DNA from: Scyliorhinus canicula
Lineage: Eukaryota
DNA: 64,000 nt
Reading direction: 5' to 3'
NCBI RefSeq assembly: GCF_902713615.1
Contig: NC_052158.1
Coordinates: 35,889,729-35,953,728 of the forward strand
Shown here: positions 1 to 12,569 of the stretch, one piece after another
Position numbering within the stretch: position 1 is the first letter of the stretch
Layout of the letters: each line of letters begins with the position of its first letter
Made by a program: the position numbers and the translations under genes
Notes under the pieces: model-generated
The model's database searches: none
What the model saw: only the letters and a program-made list of their open reading frames with translations
What the model was told of the DNA's origin: nothing

Positions 1-510
1 GGACTTTTTCTCCTGGTCCTCGACGTTTCCTCCTATTTCTCTGGGCAATCACCAACCTTTCTACCTCTGCCTCCAGGGCGATGATTCTGTCAGTCTGGTC
101 CATCGTTTCCTTTTCCAGGTCGAGAATCGTCCTCTCCTGTGTTGCCACTTTCATCCCCAGCCCGCCGGATGCCTTCTGCATGATGACTACCATCTTCGCT
201 AACGCTACCACCACCTTGACCACCACTTGGATTTCTATCTTCATTGCCTTCTTCATGGTCAGCACTTTCATCAGGAAACCCTTCCATCTGTCTCTCGAGG
301 GTGTGTGTGTTTGTGGTGGGTGGGGGGTGGGGGGGCGGGGAGGCTGATGCTCGGGTTGTTGGCCGCCCTCTCTCCTGGGTGGTTCGGGCGCCTTTGCATT
401 GTGGGTCCGCTATCTCATCTGCCTGCAGGTCCTGGCACTTTCTGCCACTTCGATTATCACTTCGGCCCCTCGAGCTCCCGCTTGCTGGCATCCTTCCTCG
501 TCTACCCTCC
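1..510 (-). mobile_element. L1-clade ORF1 5' fragment
   Basis: Minus-strand coiled-coil ending GNVEDQEKKS (compare L1 ORF1 EDxENRSRR). Similar in composition to 50300-50760. Confidence 0.6.
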
Positions 511-559
511 TTAAGCTGTTAAGGGATTTCCTGTCTTGAAATTTGGGCAAAATTCAACT

Positions 560-1713
560 AAAAGTGCCTTTTTATGTCCTGGTTCAGAGGAGAGACTCCC
601 GAAGTCGTCAAGACCATTCTTACGGACGCATTCGTCCACCTCTACTGGGGTAGTAGATTCGGCCCACTATGCTCGGATTGTCAGCAAACTTGTAGATGGA
701 GTTGGAGCCAAATTTTGGCACGCTCCACCTTCAACACCATAATCACAGCCAAGCTCATTTCAAAGCCCCAAAAGCTAGGATTTGGCTCCTCACTCTGCAA
801 CTGGATCCTCGACTTTCTGTCCCACATACCACAATCAGTAAGAATAAACAACAATACCTTGTCCACAATAGCCCTCAAGACCGGGGCCCCACAAGTCTGC
901 GTAGTTAGCTCCTACTACATTCCCTGTATGCACATGGCTGCATGCCAAAATTTGGTTCGAACTCCATTTACAAGTTTGTTGACAATACGGGCATAGTGGG
1001 TCAGACCTCGAGTAACGAAAAGTCAGAATACAGGAGGGAGATAGAGAACCTAGTGGAGTGCTGCAGCGACAACAATCTCTCCCTCGATGCCAGCAAAACT
1101 AAAGAGCTGGTCATTGACTTCAGGAAACAAAGTACTGTACACATCCCTGTCAGCATCAACGGGGCCGTTAATATCCACATTAACTCTTACCAACTTTTAC
1201 AGATGCACCAAAGAAAGCATCCTACCTGGCTGTATCACAGCCTGGTAAGGCAACTGCTCGGTCCAAGACCAAAAGAAACTTCAAGGAGTCTTGAACGCAG
1301 CCCAGTCCATCACACAAATCTGACTCCCATCCATTAACTCCATCTACAACTCCCGCTGCCTCGGGAAAGCGGGCAGCATAGTCAAAGACCACTCACACCC
1401 AGCTTACTCACTCTTCCAACTTCTTCCATCGGGCAGGAGATACAAAAGCCTGAGAACATGCACAGACTCAAACGCCGCTGTTACCAGACTCCTAAACGAC
1501 CCTCTTATGGACTGATCTGATTAACAATACACCCCGTATGTTTCACCCAATGCCGGTGTTATGTAGTTACATTGTGTACCTTGTGTTGCTCTATTCTGTA
1601 TTTTCTTTTCTTTTCTTTTCTTTTCATGTACTTAATGATCTGTTGAGCTGCTCGCAGAAAATACTTTTCACTGTCCCTTGGTGCATGTGACAATAATCAA
1701 AATCCAAATCCAA
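560..1713 (+). mobile_element. Rex1/Babar-type LINE 3' portion (degenerate RT)
   Basis: FNTI…LCNWILDFL…TGAPQ, KFVDNT…WCSDNNLSL..SKTKELVIDFRK, and a caaatccaaatccaaa tail. Confidence 0.8.
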
Positions 1714-2487
1714 AGGAAAACTAGATGAATAACAATTCTGTAACTGAATCAATAGTCAATTTTCCAAATTTGGATACGAGTTTCAGGATCAAGAATGTGT
1801 AAGATTCTTGTCACATTTAGGATAGAGGATCCATAAGCTCTCATGGACAGTTCAGACGGCTGTTGAGATCTTTATCCGAATTAGATTTCCTGAATCTTGT
1901 TGGATATTTGACCAGTTCCTTTCTCTGTCTCTAAACGCATGCTGATGTCGAATCCAACGTCTCAGCGAACTCTGCTTGAGCACGTAACTGGTTAGGATTC
2001 ATTTTCTGTCTGGTTATGGAAGCTGATCGCACCGAAATTCTCCACGGATCCTCTTAAATCCGTGTTTCACAGCGTTTAGTTTAAAAGGATAAATATTATT
2101 AAAATTTACAAATAAATACTAATTGCCTGAAACTTCTGTGCCTCCGTGAAACAATTTCATGCGTTCAGGTTCAAGCGCTTGCATCACTGCGTTTGAAGTG
2201 AAGACAGTGAATTGTGTTTTTTTTCAAAAATATGATCATCACAAAGTTCCATGCTTCGTATTTAAATTTCAATATGGTTTACGGTCGAAAAGAATCCTGC
2301 TGAAATTAGTGTTAAAGTAAACACGACCCTGGAAAATCTGTCTTTTCAAAGTAACAAAACTAATGCGAATCGTTGTGCAATGTTCGTGTCCACTGCGGGT
2401 TCTCTCAGGTACAAATGAGACCCTATTGTGAAAGCAGAACACTTGAGTTTGTAGAATACGAACACAGAACTTCGCTTCCCTCAGGAC

Positions 2488-2557
2488 ATGGGACAGCCGG
2501 TGATCAGTCAGATTGTAAACATTTACTACCCAATTCTTGCAATAGTTGGTGTTCTTG
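2488..2557 (+). pseudogene. GPCR copy 1, exon 1 (intact exon of a truncated gene)
   Basis: MGQPVISQIVNIYYPILAIVGVL plus 1 nt, donor GTAGGC at 2558. The upstream ~480 bp aligns with 17668-18154. Confidence 0.8.
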
Positions 2558-2570
2558 GTAGGCGGCTTAT

Positions 2571-2745
2571 AAGAACATAAGGACTAGGAGCAGGAGTAGG
2601 CCATCTGGCCCCTCGAGCCTGCTCCGCCATTCAATGAGATCATTGCTGATCTTTTGTGGACTCAGCTCCACTTTCCGGCCCGAACACCATAACCCTTAAT
2701 CCCTTTATTCTTCAAAAAACAATCTATCTTTACCTTAAAATTTTT
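2571..2745 (-). mobile_element. Short CR1 3'-tail insertion, copy-1 intron only
   Basis: ataagaacataag tail. Copy 2 has the empty site cttataatcag. Confidence 0.7.
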
Positions 2746-3164
2746 AAAATCAGTTAATATTCATCGTTTATTATTTTAAACCATGTTACTGCTCCACCTG
2801 TCCGTGGTACGTTCCGTTTACTTTGATCTGGTTGCTGTATAGACAACAATTTCCAGCGTTACTCAAACAACAGGAATTTCCACCTTTCTGAATTATTCTT
2901 AATGTAACGGTGCAATTCATTCTGAATTTTGAAAACAATCCGATTTTATTTCCTTTGTTAAAGACATTTCAATTTTCAGTAAGAAAACATAGCGGATCTG
3001 GAAATGTGAAATTAGACTGTAAAATTTTGGAAGCCCTCAGAGTGTCAGGAATCATCTGCAGATATAATGGTAAATATATTTTCAGCGGAGGGCGTGTTCT
3101 TTTTAATGAAATGTGATCGACCTGAAACATTAATTCTGCTTCATTCCTCACACCTGCTGAATAT

Positions 3165-4090
3165 GCAATGATAGATGTGAAAGCCCAGGATTGGTTTGCC
3201 AGTCAGTAAGGAGCAGTAAAGTTGCAGATGACATAAAGATTGGCCGGGTGGTTAACAGTGAGGGTGAGTTACAGGAACATATAAGTGGGATAGTCGAATG
3301 GGCGGATACGTGGCAGATGGAATTTCGCCCTGAAAAGTGTGAAAAGTAATTTGACAAGGAAGTGTACTATGTAAGGTCTGACACTGGGAGGTTCCAAAGA
3401 GCTAAGAGACATTGGTGTGTTTGTCCATCGATGTCTGAAGGCAGAGGGGCAGGTTAATGAGGCAGTGAAAAAGGCATATGGTACACTTGCCTTTATCAAT
3501 CGGGGCATAGATTGCAAAAGCAAGGAGGTCATGATGTAGCTGATTAGACGTTTGTTGAGGCCACGGCTGAGGAACTGTGTGCAATTCTGGTCGCCACATC
3601 ATAGGAAAGGGGTGCAGAGAAGATTCACCAGAATGTTGCCTGGGGTGGAACATTTCAGTTATAAAGAGAGGTTGGATAGGTTTGAGTTGTTTTCTCTGCA
3701 GCAGAGAAGACTGAAGGGTGACCTGGTTGAGGTATACAAGATTATGATGGACATATACATGATGGCTAGGGAACAGCTCTTCCCCTTAGTTGAAGGGCCA
3801 GTTACGAGGGGATGTAAATTCAAAGTGAGGGGTGGGAGGTTTAGGATGGATTTGTGGAAAAACGTTTAGACAGAGAATGGTGACAGTCATGAATGCAACT
3901 GTTTGGGTGGGTGGTAGAGGCAGGGTGTCTCACATCATTTAAAATGTACTTGGATGAGTACTTGGCACGTCATAACATTCATGGCTATGGCCAAGTGCTG
4001 GCAAGTGGGATTAGATGGGCAGGTCAGGACCGTTCATGCGTTGGTGCAAACTCGATGGGCCGAAGTGTCTTTTCTGCATTCTGGTATTAC
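3165..4090 (+). mobile_element. CR1 3' fragment in the copy-1 intron, orthologous to 18635-19520
   Basis: FADDIKI…CVQFWSPH…RRLKGDLVEVYK. Same junction sequence (gcaatgatagat) in both introns. Confidence 0.85.
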
Positions 4091-4820
4091 AAAGAACAAA
4101 ACAGCACAGGAACAGGCCCTTTGGCCCTACCGGTCCTGACACCAACCTTTGCCAAAATCCTCAGCAAATCAGGGGCTGGTTTACCACACTGGGCTAAATC
4201 TCTGGCTTTTAAAGCAGACCAAGGCAGGCCAGCAGCACGGTTCAATTCCTGTATCAGCCTCCCCAAACATGCGCCGGAATGTGGCGACTAGGGGCTTTTC
4301 ACAGTAACTTCATTGAAGCCTACTCGTGACAATAAGCTATTTTCATTTAATTTCATTACATCGTTGTGTCGTCTCCCTCTATACCCATCCTATCCTTATT
4401 TTTGTCACAACGTCTTTTGAACACCGTTAATGTATCTGCTTCCACAGCATCCCCTGGCAATGTGTACCAGGCACTCAGCACCCTCTGCGTAAAAAAAACT
4501 GCCTCGCACCTCTCCTCTGATCTTAAACCTATGCCCTCCACCCTGGGAAAAAGTGCATGCCCATCCTCTCTATCATGCCCCTCATAATCTTGTTGAAGTC
4601 TATCAGGTCATCCCTCAACCTCCATCTTTCTAAAGAAAACTGTCCGAGTGTATTCGGCCTCTCCACATAGCTAGCACCCTTCAGACCAGGCAAAATCCTG
4701 GTAAACCTCCTCTGCTCCCTCTCCAAAGCCTCCCCATCCTTCTGGTAGTGTGGCGACCAGAATTGTGTACAATATTCCAAGGGCGGCCTTACCAAGATTC
4801 TATGTAATTGTAACATGACT
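4090..4820 (-). mobile_element. CR1 3' fragment with nested SINE (4171-4356, +), copy-1 intron only
   Basis: RPPLEYCTQFWSPHY…LRDDLI. The SINE has a tRNA-like head and a (TTTCA)n tail. Confidence 0.8.
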
Positions 4821-5545
4821 TTTTTAAAACTCATTTTATATTCAGTGAATCTGTGAATTCTGTTTCTGTCCGTATTATCTGGAGTTCTTTATTTAAAGTA
4901 TATCTGCTTGCGCAGTTCCCCCGGTTGCTGGACACGAGTCAGTCACGTATTTTCCAAGAAACATTTTGTTCTTCCCATCAACGTGAACTCGCTCACACAT
5001 ACCTGTTTGGAATTAATTGCCACTTCCAAGTCCGATCTGTAAGTTTATTAAAGCCTTTGTTTATTTCTGGGCGGTCGTTTTAGAATTCCATTGCTAACTT
5101 GTCTTTTGATTTTCCAGATATTGAACTTATTTTCAGATTAGTGAGTCCAGATTGGTTTGCAAGTGTGAAACAACATCATTGTTAGACAGATTCTTGTCAA
5201 ATTTAACAGGTTTTACCCTACCCATTGCAAGCAACAAAATTGCCTCAGCACATTCATGTTTAAACCTTACTCCACATCAGACTCGCAATGCTATACAACG
5301 GGAAATGTTGACCTCGCAAACGTTTAGGAGACTGTAACGTTAGGCTCCGTGTTGTTAGCGATATATTTAAGGTTCCCATGGTGGGGCCTAAAGTCTACTT
5401 TCCACAAGATGTCATTGTATTCAGATGTTCCAGAGCACCTTGACCCGAATATAAATCGTGCAGAATCATTGGAAGAACGAAAATGTCGACTGCTCCTTCT
5501 CCTAATATAAAGAAAATTGTCAATTTGATTCTCGCTTCTTTGCAG

Positions 5546-5647
5546 CCAACCTGGTGACAATTGCGATTCTCTCCCGCGGGCGTTGCGAGCTCTCCATATG
5601 CATCACCCGATACCTGGTGGCCATGGCAGCGGCGGATTTGTCTTTCC
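5546..5647 (+). pseudogene. GPCR copy 1, exon 2, truncated after TM2
   Basis: Canonical acceptor ttgcAG at 5544-5545, then ANLVTIAILSRGRCELSICITRYLVAMAAADLSF, nearly identical to copy 2. Similarity stops at ~5647. Confidence 0.85.
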
Positions 5648-6050
5648 AGAGGAGTCACGAATGCAAGTGGGAAGAACCTGGACAAGGGGAGAGCGCATGG
5701 AGTCAAGCTAGGAAGACAACAGTTCCGTGCGGTAAAAACAGACCGAAACGGTGGGTCCACCAGGGCAGCAATGTTTGGGAATTTGGGGAAGAGGGTTAAA
5801 AGCGAATTTTGCGGCGTTAGGAACCAAATCGCTTGGAAGCTGTGGAGGCAATGATGTTAGTGACAGTCCAGGAAAGAATAGTGTGAAGTTTTGTGGTGGG
5901 CTCATAATCCAGGAGGATTTACGAGGAATCGGCTGCGAGTTGGTGCTCTGACCCTGCGAAGTAAAGATGATTAACCAGGCATTAACGGCGCCAGCCTTGT
6001 CAAAAGGTTTTACTCGTTTTAACCTGCTCCCGGTCACGCCTGTTACCTGA
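5648..6050 (-). mobile_element. Penelope-like RT N-terminal fragment fused to GPCR copy 1 exon 2
   Basis: Minus strand LPQIPKHCCPGGPTVSVCFYRTELLSS*LDSMRSPLVQVLPTCIRDSS resembles the PLE RT motif LPKIHK..PGRPIVS….TELISSYLD…PLVQ.LPTYIRDS. Confidence 0.65.
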
Positions 6051-6675
6051 TCAACCACCCAGGTTACAAAGGCATCTAAGGCATTCATATGGCTTCATCT
6101 AATTATACTACATTGAAAATATAACATGAATTTACATTAAACCCTATATTAGTTTTTATTTATAATCTATTACTTACAGGCCAGTTATTTCAGTGAAAGA
6201 GTATGCTGACGGAAGTACTAAATAAACACAATCATTTTCTCATGGCGAATTAAGCTAACCCACCGAATTAGAATTGTTTTGGCTTTGAAAGAAATTTAAA
6301 ACCGTCGTAAACTTCGCACAAACTCAGACATTAATGCGCAAGCCGTGTAGTTAAGTGCTGCAAGCAGCAAAAAAGAAATGCAAGCTGCACCCACAGCAGA
6401 ATATTAAATTGGAATGTTCCAACGACTGCGCCTTATAAAATTATGTCATCAGAATGGGACGTCCATTGACTTCATGGTTTTGAAAGCAGATTTTATTCTC
6501 CACAGATAACGGCGTCATATACTCATAGTTGCCACGTGCGATCAATAATGAGATTAATTGCATTATATAAATCCATTCTTTTCCAATCAATATACCTTGG
6601 CTGTATAAGTAAATATTTCTTTTCAATATAATGGTTTGGCGTCTAATTTTTTTCCCAGCCAACGGCTCAGACAAA

Positions 6676-6868
6676 GTGTTTCTGAAATCCCGGAAAAGAG
6701 TGGGGATCGCTCCCACCTTCGAATTATAATCGGATCAGTGATCATGGCACTGGTTGTTATATTCGGAATAATTGGAATAATCATGGAAAAGACATCAGAG
6801 AGGTAAGGATCAGAGAGAGGGGGATGTAGAACTGAGGGGACAGAGTGAGTGTGGGGCAATCCCCAGTC
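6676..6868 (+). pseudogene. Inverted second copy of the TM exon plus start of its intron
   Basis: Aligns with the reverse complement of ~7989-8180. Encodes LRIIIGSVIMALVVIFGIIGII/WKRHQR with donor at 6803 and the same frameshift. Confidence 0.7.
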
Positions 6869-7105
6869 CACAGTTCGACGTTTCATCTTGCATGGAGTTA
6901 GAAAATGTCATCACGGACAATTAAACATTGACACTCTACTAATTATCCAACATGGGCAAGAAATTTCGGCGTTATATTTTCCCTTCATATTTGAATTCCT
7001 GCAATGTCAAAGGGAAATTAGACGAATTACAATTCTGTCACTGAATCAAGAGTCGAATTTCCAAATGTGGATACGAGTTTCAGCATCAAGAATGTGGAGG
7101 ATTCT

Positions 7106-7292
7106 GAAAATGAAATGAAAATCGCTTATTGTCACGAGTAGGCTTCAATAAAGTTACTGTGAAAAGCCCCTAGCCGCCACATTCCTCCCCTTTTCGGGGA
7201 GGCTGTTACGGGAATCGAACCATGCTGCTGGCTTGCCTTGGTCTGCTTTCAAAGCCTGCGATCTAGCCCAGTGAGCTAAAGAGCCCCTGCTA
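7106..7292 (-). mobile_element. tRNA-derived SINE with 6-bp TSD gattct
   Basis: TSD at 7100-7105 and 7293-7298; empty site at ~1800 in unit 1. Same family at 4171-4356, ~23107-23290 and ~36480-36650. Confidence 0.85.
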
Positions 7293-7395
7293 GATTCTTG
7301 TCAGGTTCAGGCAGTAGGATCCATAAGCTCTCATGGACAGTTCGAACGGCTGCTGAGATCTTTATCCGAATTAGTTTTCCTAAATCCTACTGCAT

Positions 7396-7720
7396 ATAGA
7401 ACATAGAACAGTACAGCACAGAATAGGCCCTTCGGCCCTCGATGTTGTGCCGAGCCATGATCACCCTACTCAAACCCACGTATCCAATCTACAACCCCCC
7501 ACCTTACTTTTTAGGACACTACGGGCAATTTAGCATGGCCAATCCACCTAACCCGCACATCTTTGGACTGTGGGAGGAAACCGGAGCACCTGGAGAAAAC
7601 GCACGCACACACGGGGAGGACGTGCAGACTCCACACAGACAGTGACCCAGCCGGGAATCGAACCAGGGACCCTGGAGCTGTGAAGCATTTATGCTAACCA
7701 CCATGCTACCGTGCTGCCCC
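7396..7720 (-). mobile_element. HE1/V-SINE-type SINE
   Basis: ggggcagcacggtagc head, ggtttcctcccacagtccaaagatg V-domain and CR1-like gttctatgttct tail. Confidence 0.85.
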
Positions 7721-7890
7721 TTATCTGGCCATAATCTGGTAATAAAATTGGCGCACGCCACGATTTCGGCATCGGAACCAATCATCTGCCCAATCACGCT
7801 TCCAGATTATGTTGTAGGCCGATGGAGAATCCCACCGATGGTTTTAGATGTGTATCTGTGTTTGGTAATTAAATCAGTTTATTCAACATC

Positions 7891-8044
7891 GTGTCCTGTA
7901 CTCCCAGTACTGGAGATTCTCCACACTCACTCTATCCCCTCAGTTCTACATTCCCCTCTCTCTCTCCTCTCAGTGTCCTGTACTCCCAGTACTGGAGATT
8001 CCCCATACTCACTCTGTCCCCTCAGTTCTACATTCCCCTCTCTC
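7891..8044. repeat. Two-copy tandem repeat, 82-bp period, in the intron after the TM exon
   Basis: gtgtcctgtactcccagtactggagatt starts at 7891 and at 7973. Confidence 0.85.
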
Positions 8045-8054
8045 TGATCCTTAC

Positions 8055-8170
8055 CTCTCTGATGTATTTTCCATGATTATTCCAATTAGTCCGAATATAA
8101 CAGCCAGTGCCATGATCACTGATCCGATTATAATTCGAAGGTGGAAGCGATCCCCACTTTTCCGGGATTT
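8055..8170 (-). pseudogene. Type I transmembrane exon, probably of the same MHC class I gene
   Basis: LRIIIGSVIMALAVIFGLIGII, a frameshift, then WKIHQR and phase-1 donor G|GTAAGG. Same strand as the alpha-3 exon and ~4.7 kb downstream of it. The acceptor could not be defined. Confidence 0.6.
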
Positions 8171-9222
8171 CAGAAACACATTTGAATAATATGAGGGTTG
8201 TCTCTCTGTTCCCGGATCCATTCCCAGGTCTGTGTTAATTGGGGACAATTTGAACTGAAGCCGCCCATTGGGAATTGATGGGACTGGTTGAAACGTTGGT
8301 TTTACACTCGCCCGATTTCACTTTCCAGTGAAGTCAGTAAAAATTCCCATGGTGGGGGTGTAAAAGCCATGTTGTCCCAATCCCGTGGTTTACCTTCCCG
8401 GCCAGTTCAGTTCTAATTCTCCCCAATGTCTCTTGTCCTGTCCTTGCTCAGTCTCCAGGGTAACATTATATGGCCCAGGATGCAGCATCACTGATGGTTT
8501 TCACATCAAACTTCAAAGAGATGAGGAATAAACTGACCACAGGAAACTGGGCTGAGCTGAAAATGAGGAAAACGACAGATAAACAGAGCAAACGCTTGAA
8601 AAGAAGTACTTGGTACAACCCAACAGCAGAACTTAGTCCTGAACGACCGCAGTGAAACCACTATTGTCAACACATGGAATAAGTGAGAGAACCCAGCTCA
8701 AAGAAAAGGCTTCACAAATGTCCAGAGATTGAGTTCCTGACACATAGACAAGAGTCAGCTGATCAAAGAGAGACAGGATGGATCTGTGATGGGGAGCTCT
8801 TGTCTGACTAACGCATTGAATTTGATGAGGATCTCACTAACATGTTGGATAAGGGAGTGTCTATAGATCTGCTCCAGATGGACTCCAGAGGTCATTTATA
8901 AGGTTCAGCAAAAGATTCTTGACAATAATCAGCGTGTTTGGAATTGGAGGCAATCTGTGGCACAGGGTGGGAATTGGTTGGTGTTATGAAACAGGGAATG
9001 GGGTGAAAGGGAATGTGCTCCTATGGCAGGATGGGATCAGTTGTATTCCCCTGGGATCACTACTGGGCCCTCAGCTTTTCACCATCTATATTAGTGACTT
9101 GGATGAAGGGACAGAGAGTTGTATATCGCAGTTTACAGATGGCAATAAGTTAGGAGATACAGTGAAGGGACATTGGCAGATTAAATGAGTGAATGTCATT
9201 TGCCACAGTTTCCCCCAATGTT

Positions 9223-9812
9223 AGAACATAGAATTTATAGTGCAGAAGGAGGCTATTCGGCCCATCGAGCCTGCACCAGCTCTTGGGAAGAGCACCCCCC
9301 CCCCCCCCCCCCCCCCAGTAACCCAGCAACCCCACGCAACCCCGTTGGACACTAAGGGCAATTTACCGTGGCCAATCCACCTAACCTACATGTCTTTGGA
9401 CTGTGGGAGGAAACCGGAGCACCTGGAGGAAGCCCACACAGGCACGAGGAGAACGTGCAGACTCTGCAAAGACAGTGACCCAAGCCGGGATTCGAACCTG
9501 AGACCCAGGCGCTGTGAAGCAACAATGCTAACCACTATGCTGTCGTGCCGCCCTGCCTCCACAGCCTTCTGCGGCAAAGAATTCCACAGATTCATCACTC
9601 TCTGGCTGAAGAAATTCCTCATCTCTGTTTTAAAGGAACGTCCCTTTAGTCTGAGATTGTCTCTGCATCTAGTTTTTCCTACAAGTGGAAACATCCGCTC
9701 CACATCCACTCTATTCAGGCCTTGCAATATCCTGTAAGTTTCAATAAGATACCCCCTCATCCTTCTAAACTCCAACGACTACAGACCCAGAGTTCTCAAC
9801 CGTTCCTCATAG
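9223..9812 (-). mobile_element. V-SINE (9223-9553) adjoining a CR1 3' fragment (9554-9812)
   Basis: SINE core, plus EFRRMRGYLIETYRIL…FFSQRVMNLWNSLP. Confidence 0.8.
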
Positions 9813-10725
9813 GTTAGTCTGGTTAGTCTTCATTTCTTTCAACACAATGATCTTGGCTTTTTCTGCCTACTCAGTCAGAATTAATTTTTTTCTTTGTTTG
9901 GAGCAGTTCGACATGGGTTTTCAGTTGTTGACTCGCGAAGCAGGCTTTTCAGACCTCAATCTAAACAGCAATTTCAGATCAATGCACCATTTAATTTTTT
10001 TTCAGGTTTTGTGTTATACAGGAATTTTAAATCTTTGCTTCACTGGCTGACACTGACACTGTATTCAAGCTGGACTTCCACGGGATTCTACGGAGTCTTC
10101 TGCAGGATGTGAGATTTAATTTCTGCCTTCAACTTCCAAATCTTTCTTTGGAGCTGTTCTCTGGTGATTTCCTTCTGTGCTTCACTTCTTGAGATTTCCA
10201 GGTCAGAATACTACTTTGATTTTTTTCCTTCAGCTTTCCAGATCTTTAATTTTCTTCTGCAGCCTGTGCATGTTTTAAGTTGTTTCGGTCGCTGGCACCA
10301 TGTTTGAAAGGTAATAATCTTTATTGTCACAAGTAGGCTTACATTAACACTGCAATGAAGTTACTGTGAAAAACCTCTAGTCGCTACACTCTGGCGGCTG
10401 TTTGGGTACACAGAGGGATAATTCAGAATGCCGAATTCATCTAACAAGCACGTCTTTCGGGACCTGTGGGAGGAAACCCGAGCAACCGGAGGAAACCATT
10501 GCAAACATAGGCAGAACACACAGACTCAGCACAGATAGTGGCCAAGCCGGGAATCGAATCTGGGACCCTGCACAGTTCGGTAGATTTGAAGGTATTTGTG
10601 GTCTCAGATAGTTCAAATGTAGAAACTATATACATAGGTAGAGTAAAAGGTCCATTCTAGGAGCAATCTCCATGCCTACTTCTACACACTGCTCTATCTA
10701 AAACTACACTGACACCTCGGTGTGG

Positions 10726-10943
10726 GTCACCAGTTCCCTTGCATCACGACGCAAGGAGTACTGCACTCAATCCTATGTGCCAGGCCATTATACACAGGGA
10801 GTACTATACTCAATCCTACACATTATACTACACAAACCTCTCCACCTCTCTCCTCATTATACACGCTCCCTGTATATAATGGACTGGCACATAGGATTGA
10901 GTACAGTACTCCCTGCGGAGTGATGCAAGGGAACAAGTGTGAC
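10726..10943. repeat. Fold-back element with ~76-bp inverted arms
   Basis: Arm 10726-10801 matches the reverse complement of 10866-10943; the core 38 bp has 2 mismatches. Confidence 0.8.
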
Positions 10944-11248
10944 TTAATGTGGGAAGTGTGGGATCATCCACTTTAAAACTGAGAAGAACAAATCAGAATA
11001 ATTTCACGATGTTGGGAGACTAGGAGCTGGAAAACAAACAAAGATATTTGAGTGACCATGTGCACAAATCACTAAAATCTCGTTCATCGAAATAAAAAAA
11101 AATCAGAAAGACTACTGGGCTGTTGCCCTTTATCTACAGGGGATTGAATAGAAAGTGAGGAAATGATCCTTCAGTAGTACTGAGCTTTGGTCATACTCCA
11201 TCGGGAGAACTACATTTAGTTCTGGACACCACACCTCACAGAAGATAT

Positions 11249-11390
11249 GCTGGATTCTCCGCTGTCGGGGTTCTCCGTTGCGCTGGTAGACCAGGGATTT
11301 CCCGACGGCGTGGGACTGCCCAAAATGGGAAACCCCATTGGCCGGCTGCCGAGACGGAGAATGCCGGGGGTGCAACGGAGAATCCCGCCC
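11249..11390. mobile_element. Short MITE of the same TIR family, inside a CR1 fragment
   Basis: gctggattctccg … cggagaatcccgccc. Confidence 0.55.
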
Positions 11391-11721
11391 AATAAAGTGT
11401 CCTTGGAGAGGGCACAGCGTAGATTCAGCAGAATGATCACACAGCTCAGAGGGTTCAGTTCTGAGGGCAGGTTATATAAAGCTGACAGTATTTCCTTGTG
11501 TTTAACAGAGTGAAGGATGATTTGATCCAGATGTTTAAAATGGTAAAGGGATTCGATAGCGCCGATACAGAGAAACTATTTTCTCTGGTGGTGGAATCTG
11601 GAACAAGAGAGCATCATCTTCAAATTAGAGTGAGGACATTGATGAGTGAAATCCGGAAGCAATTCCTCACAAAAAGGGCAATGGAAATCTGGTACTTTCT
11701 CCACCAAAAGGCTGTGGGATC

Positions 11722-12569
11722 TATAGCCATCTGGGATGGCCACTTACAACGTAAACATCGATACTTGCAAAGACTCAAGGGAAATATGGCCAATACAGGA
11801 TTCAGGCAAACTCAGAGCCTGAATGTATATTTGCTGACAGAGAACCAGACAGTATCGAAACCTCTAACCGATTTGCATTCTAATGACCCATTTCCCCAGG
11901 ACAAGTGACTGGTACTCAGGTATCAGATACATTTCCAGACACAACGGCGCAAATCCCTTTACCCAGGAAGCCCAGCCATTGAGGCACCTGTCCTTTTACT
12001 AGCTCAAATCGAAGGCAGTAATCAAAGCCGGACGAATTATTGGGTCCAAAGCTAAGGACCGCCCAAAAGAACGTGAAACCCCAAAGGATAAAGAGTGACA
12101 CTGCAATGTGTTCGAACTCTTTTGGCCCTGGCACACTGGTACTCTTCGGCCCGGCCTATACCTGAAACCAGCTGCAGCACCACGACCAGAAGCAAGTTCA
12201 AGATCAATGATTGCTACCAGACGGATGAGCCAGCAGAAACAAAGTTACTTCTCCAGACCCAGCCACTCCAGATCCCAACAAAGGCCTTGTTCCTCTGCCA
12301 AAGCCGGGTGCCTGAAAGTTAAGTACATGTTGTTGTATTGTTAGGTGTAGTTTAGCTTGTAGCGTTTTTATGTTGCATGTGTGAGTTCATCTTGTGTGTA
12401 AATAAACCATTATTGAACTTGAATTAACTGACTGATTGTTGGGTTTTTGATCAATGTCCGGTTGAACCTTGTGGTGGTATCATCAGATACCTGGCGACTC
12501 TGAAAAGCAATATTACTCTATATTAAGAAGGGAAACATTATTAGCGCCTCCAGTGCAGAATTGGCAACA
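11722..12569 (+). mobile_element. Related solo LTR (right end uncertain)
   Basis: Starts t(a)tagccatctgggatggcc and shares acaaaggccttgttcc and cctggcgactc with the LTR at 39718. No clean TSD. Confidence 0.55.

Noticed and set aside
9295-9317. Numerous long poly-C/poly-G tracts giving Pro- or Gly-rich ORFs
   Set aside because: Homopolymers inside SINEs and LINEs; their lengths are unreliable and the ORFs are artefacts.
9850-10290. Minus-strand coiled-coil-like fragments (EQLQRKIWKLKAEIK)
   Set aside because: Broken by stops and A-rich; possibly a TE ORF remnant but not assignable.
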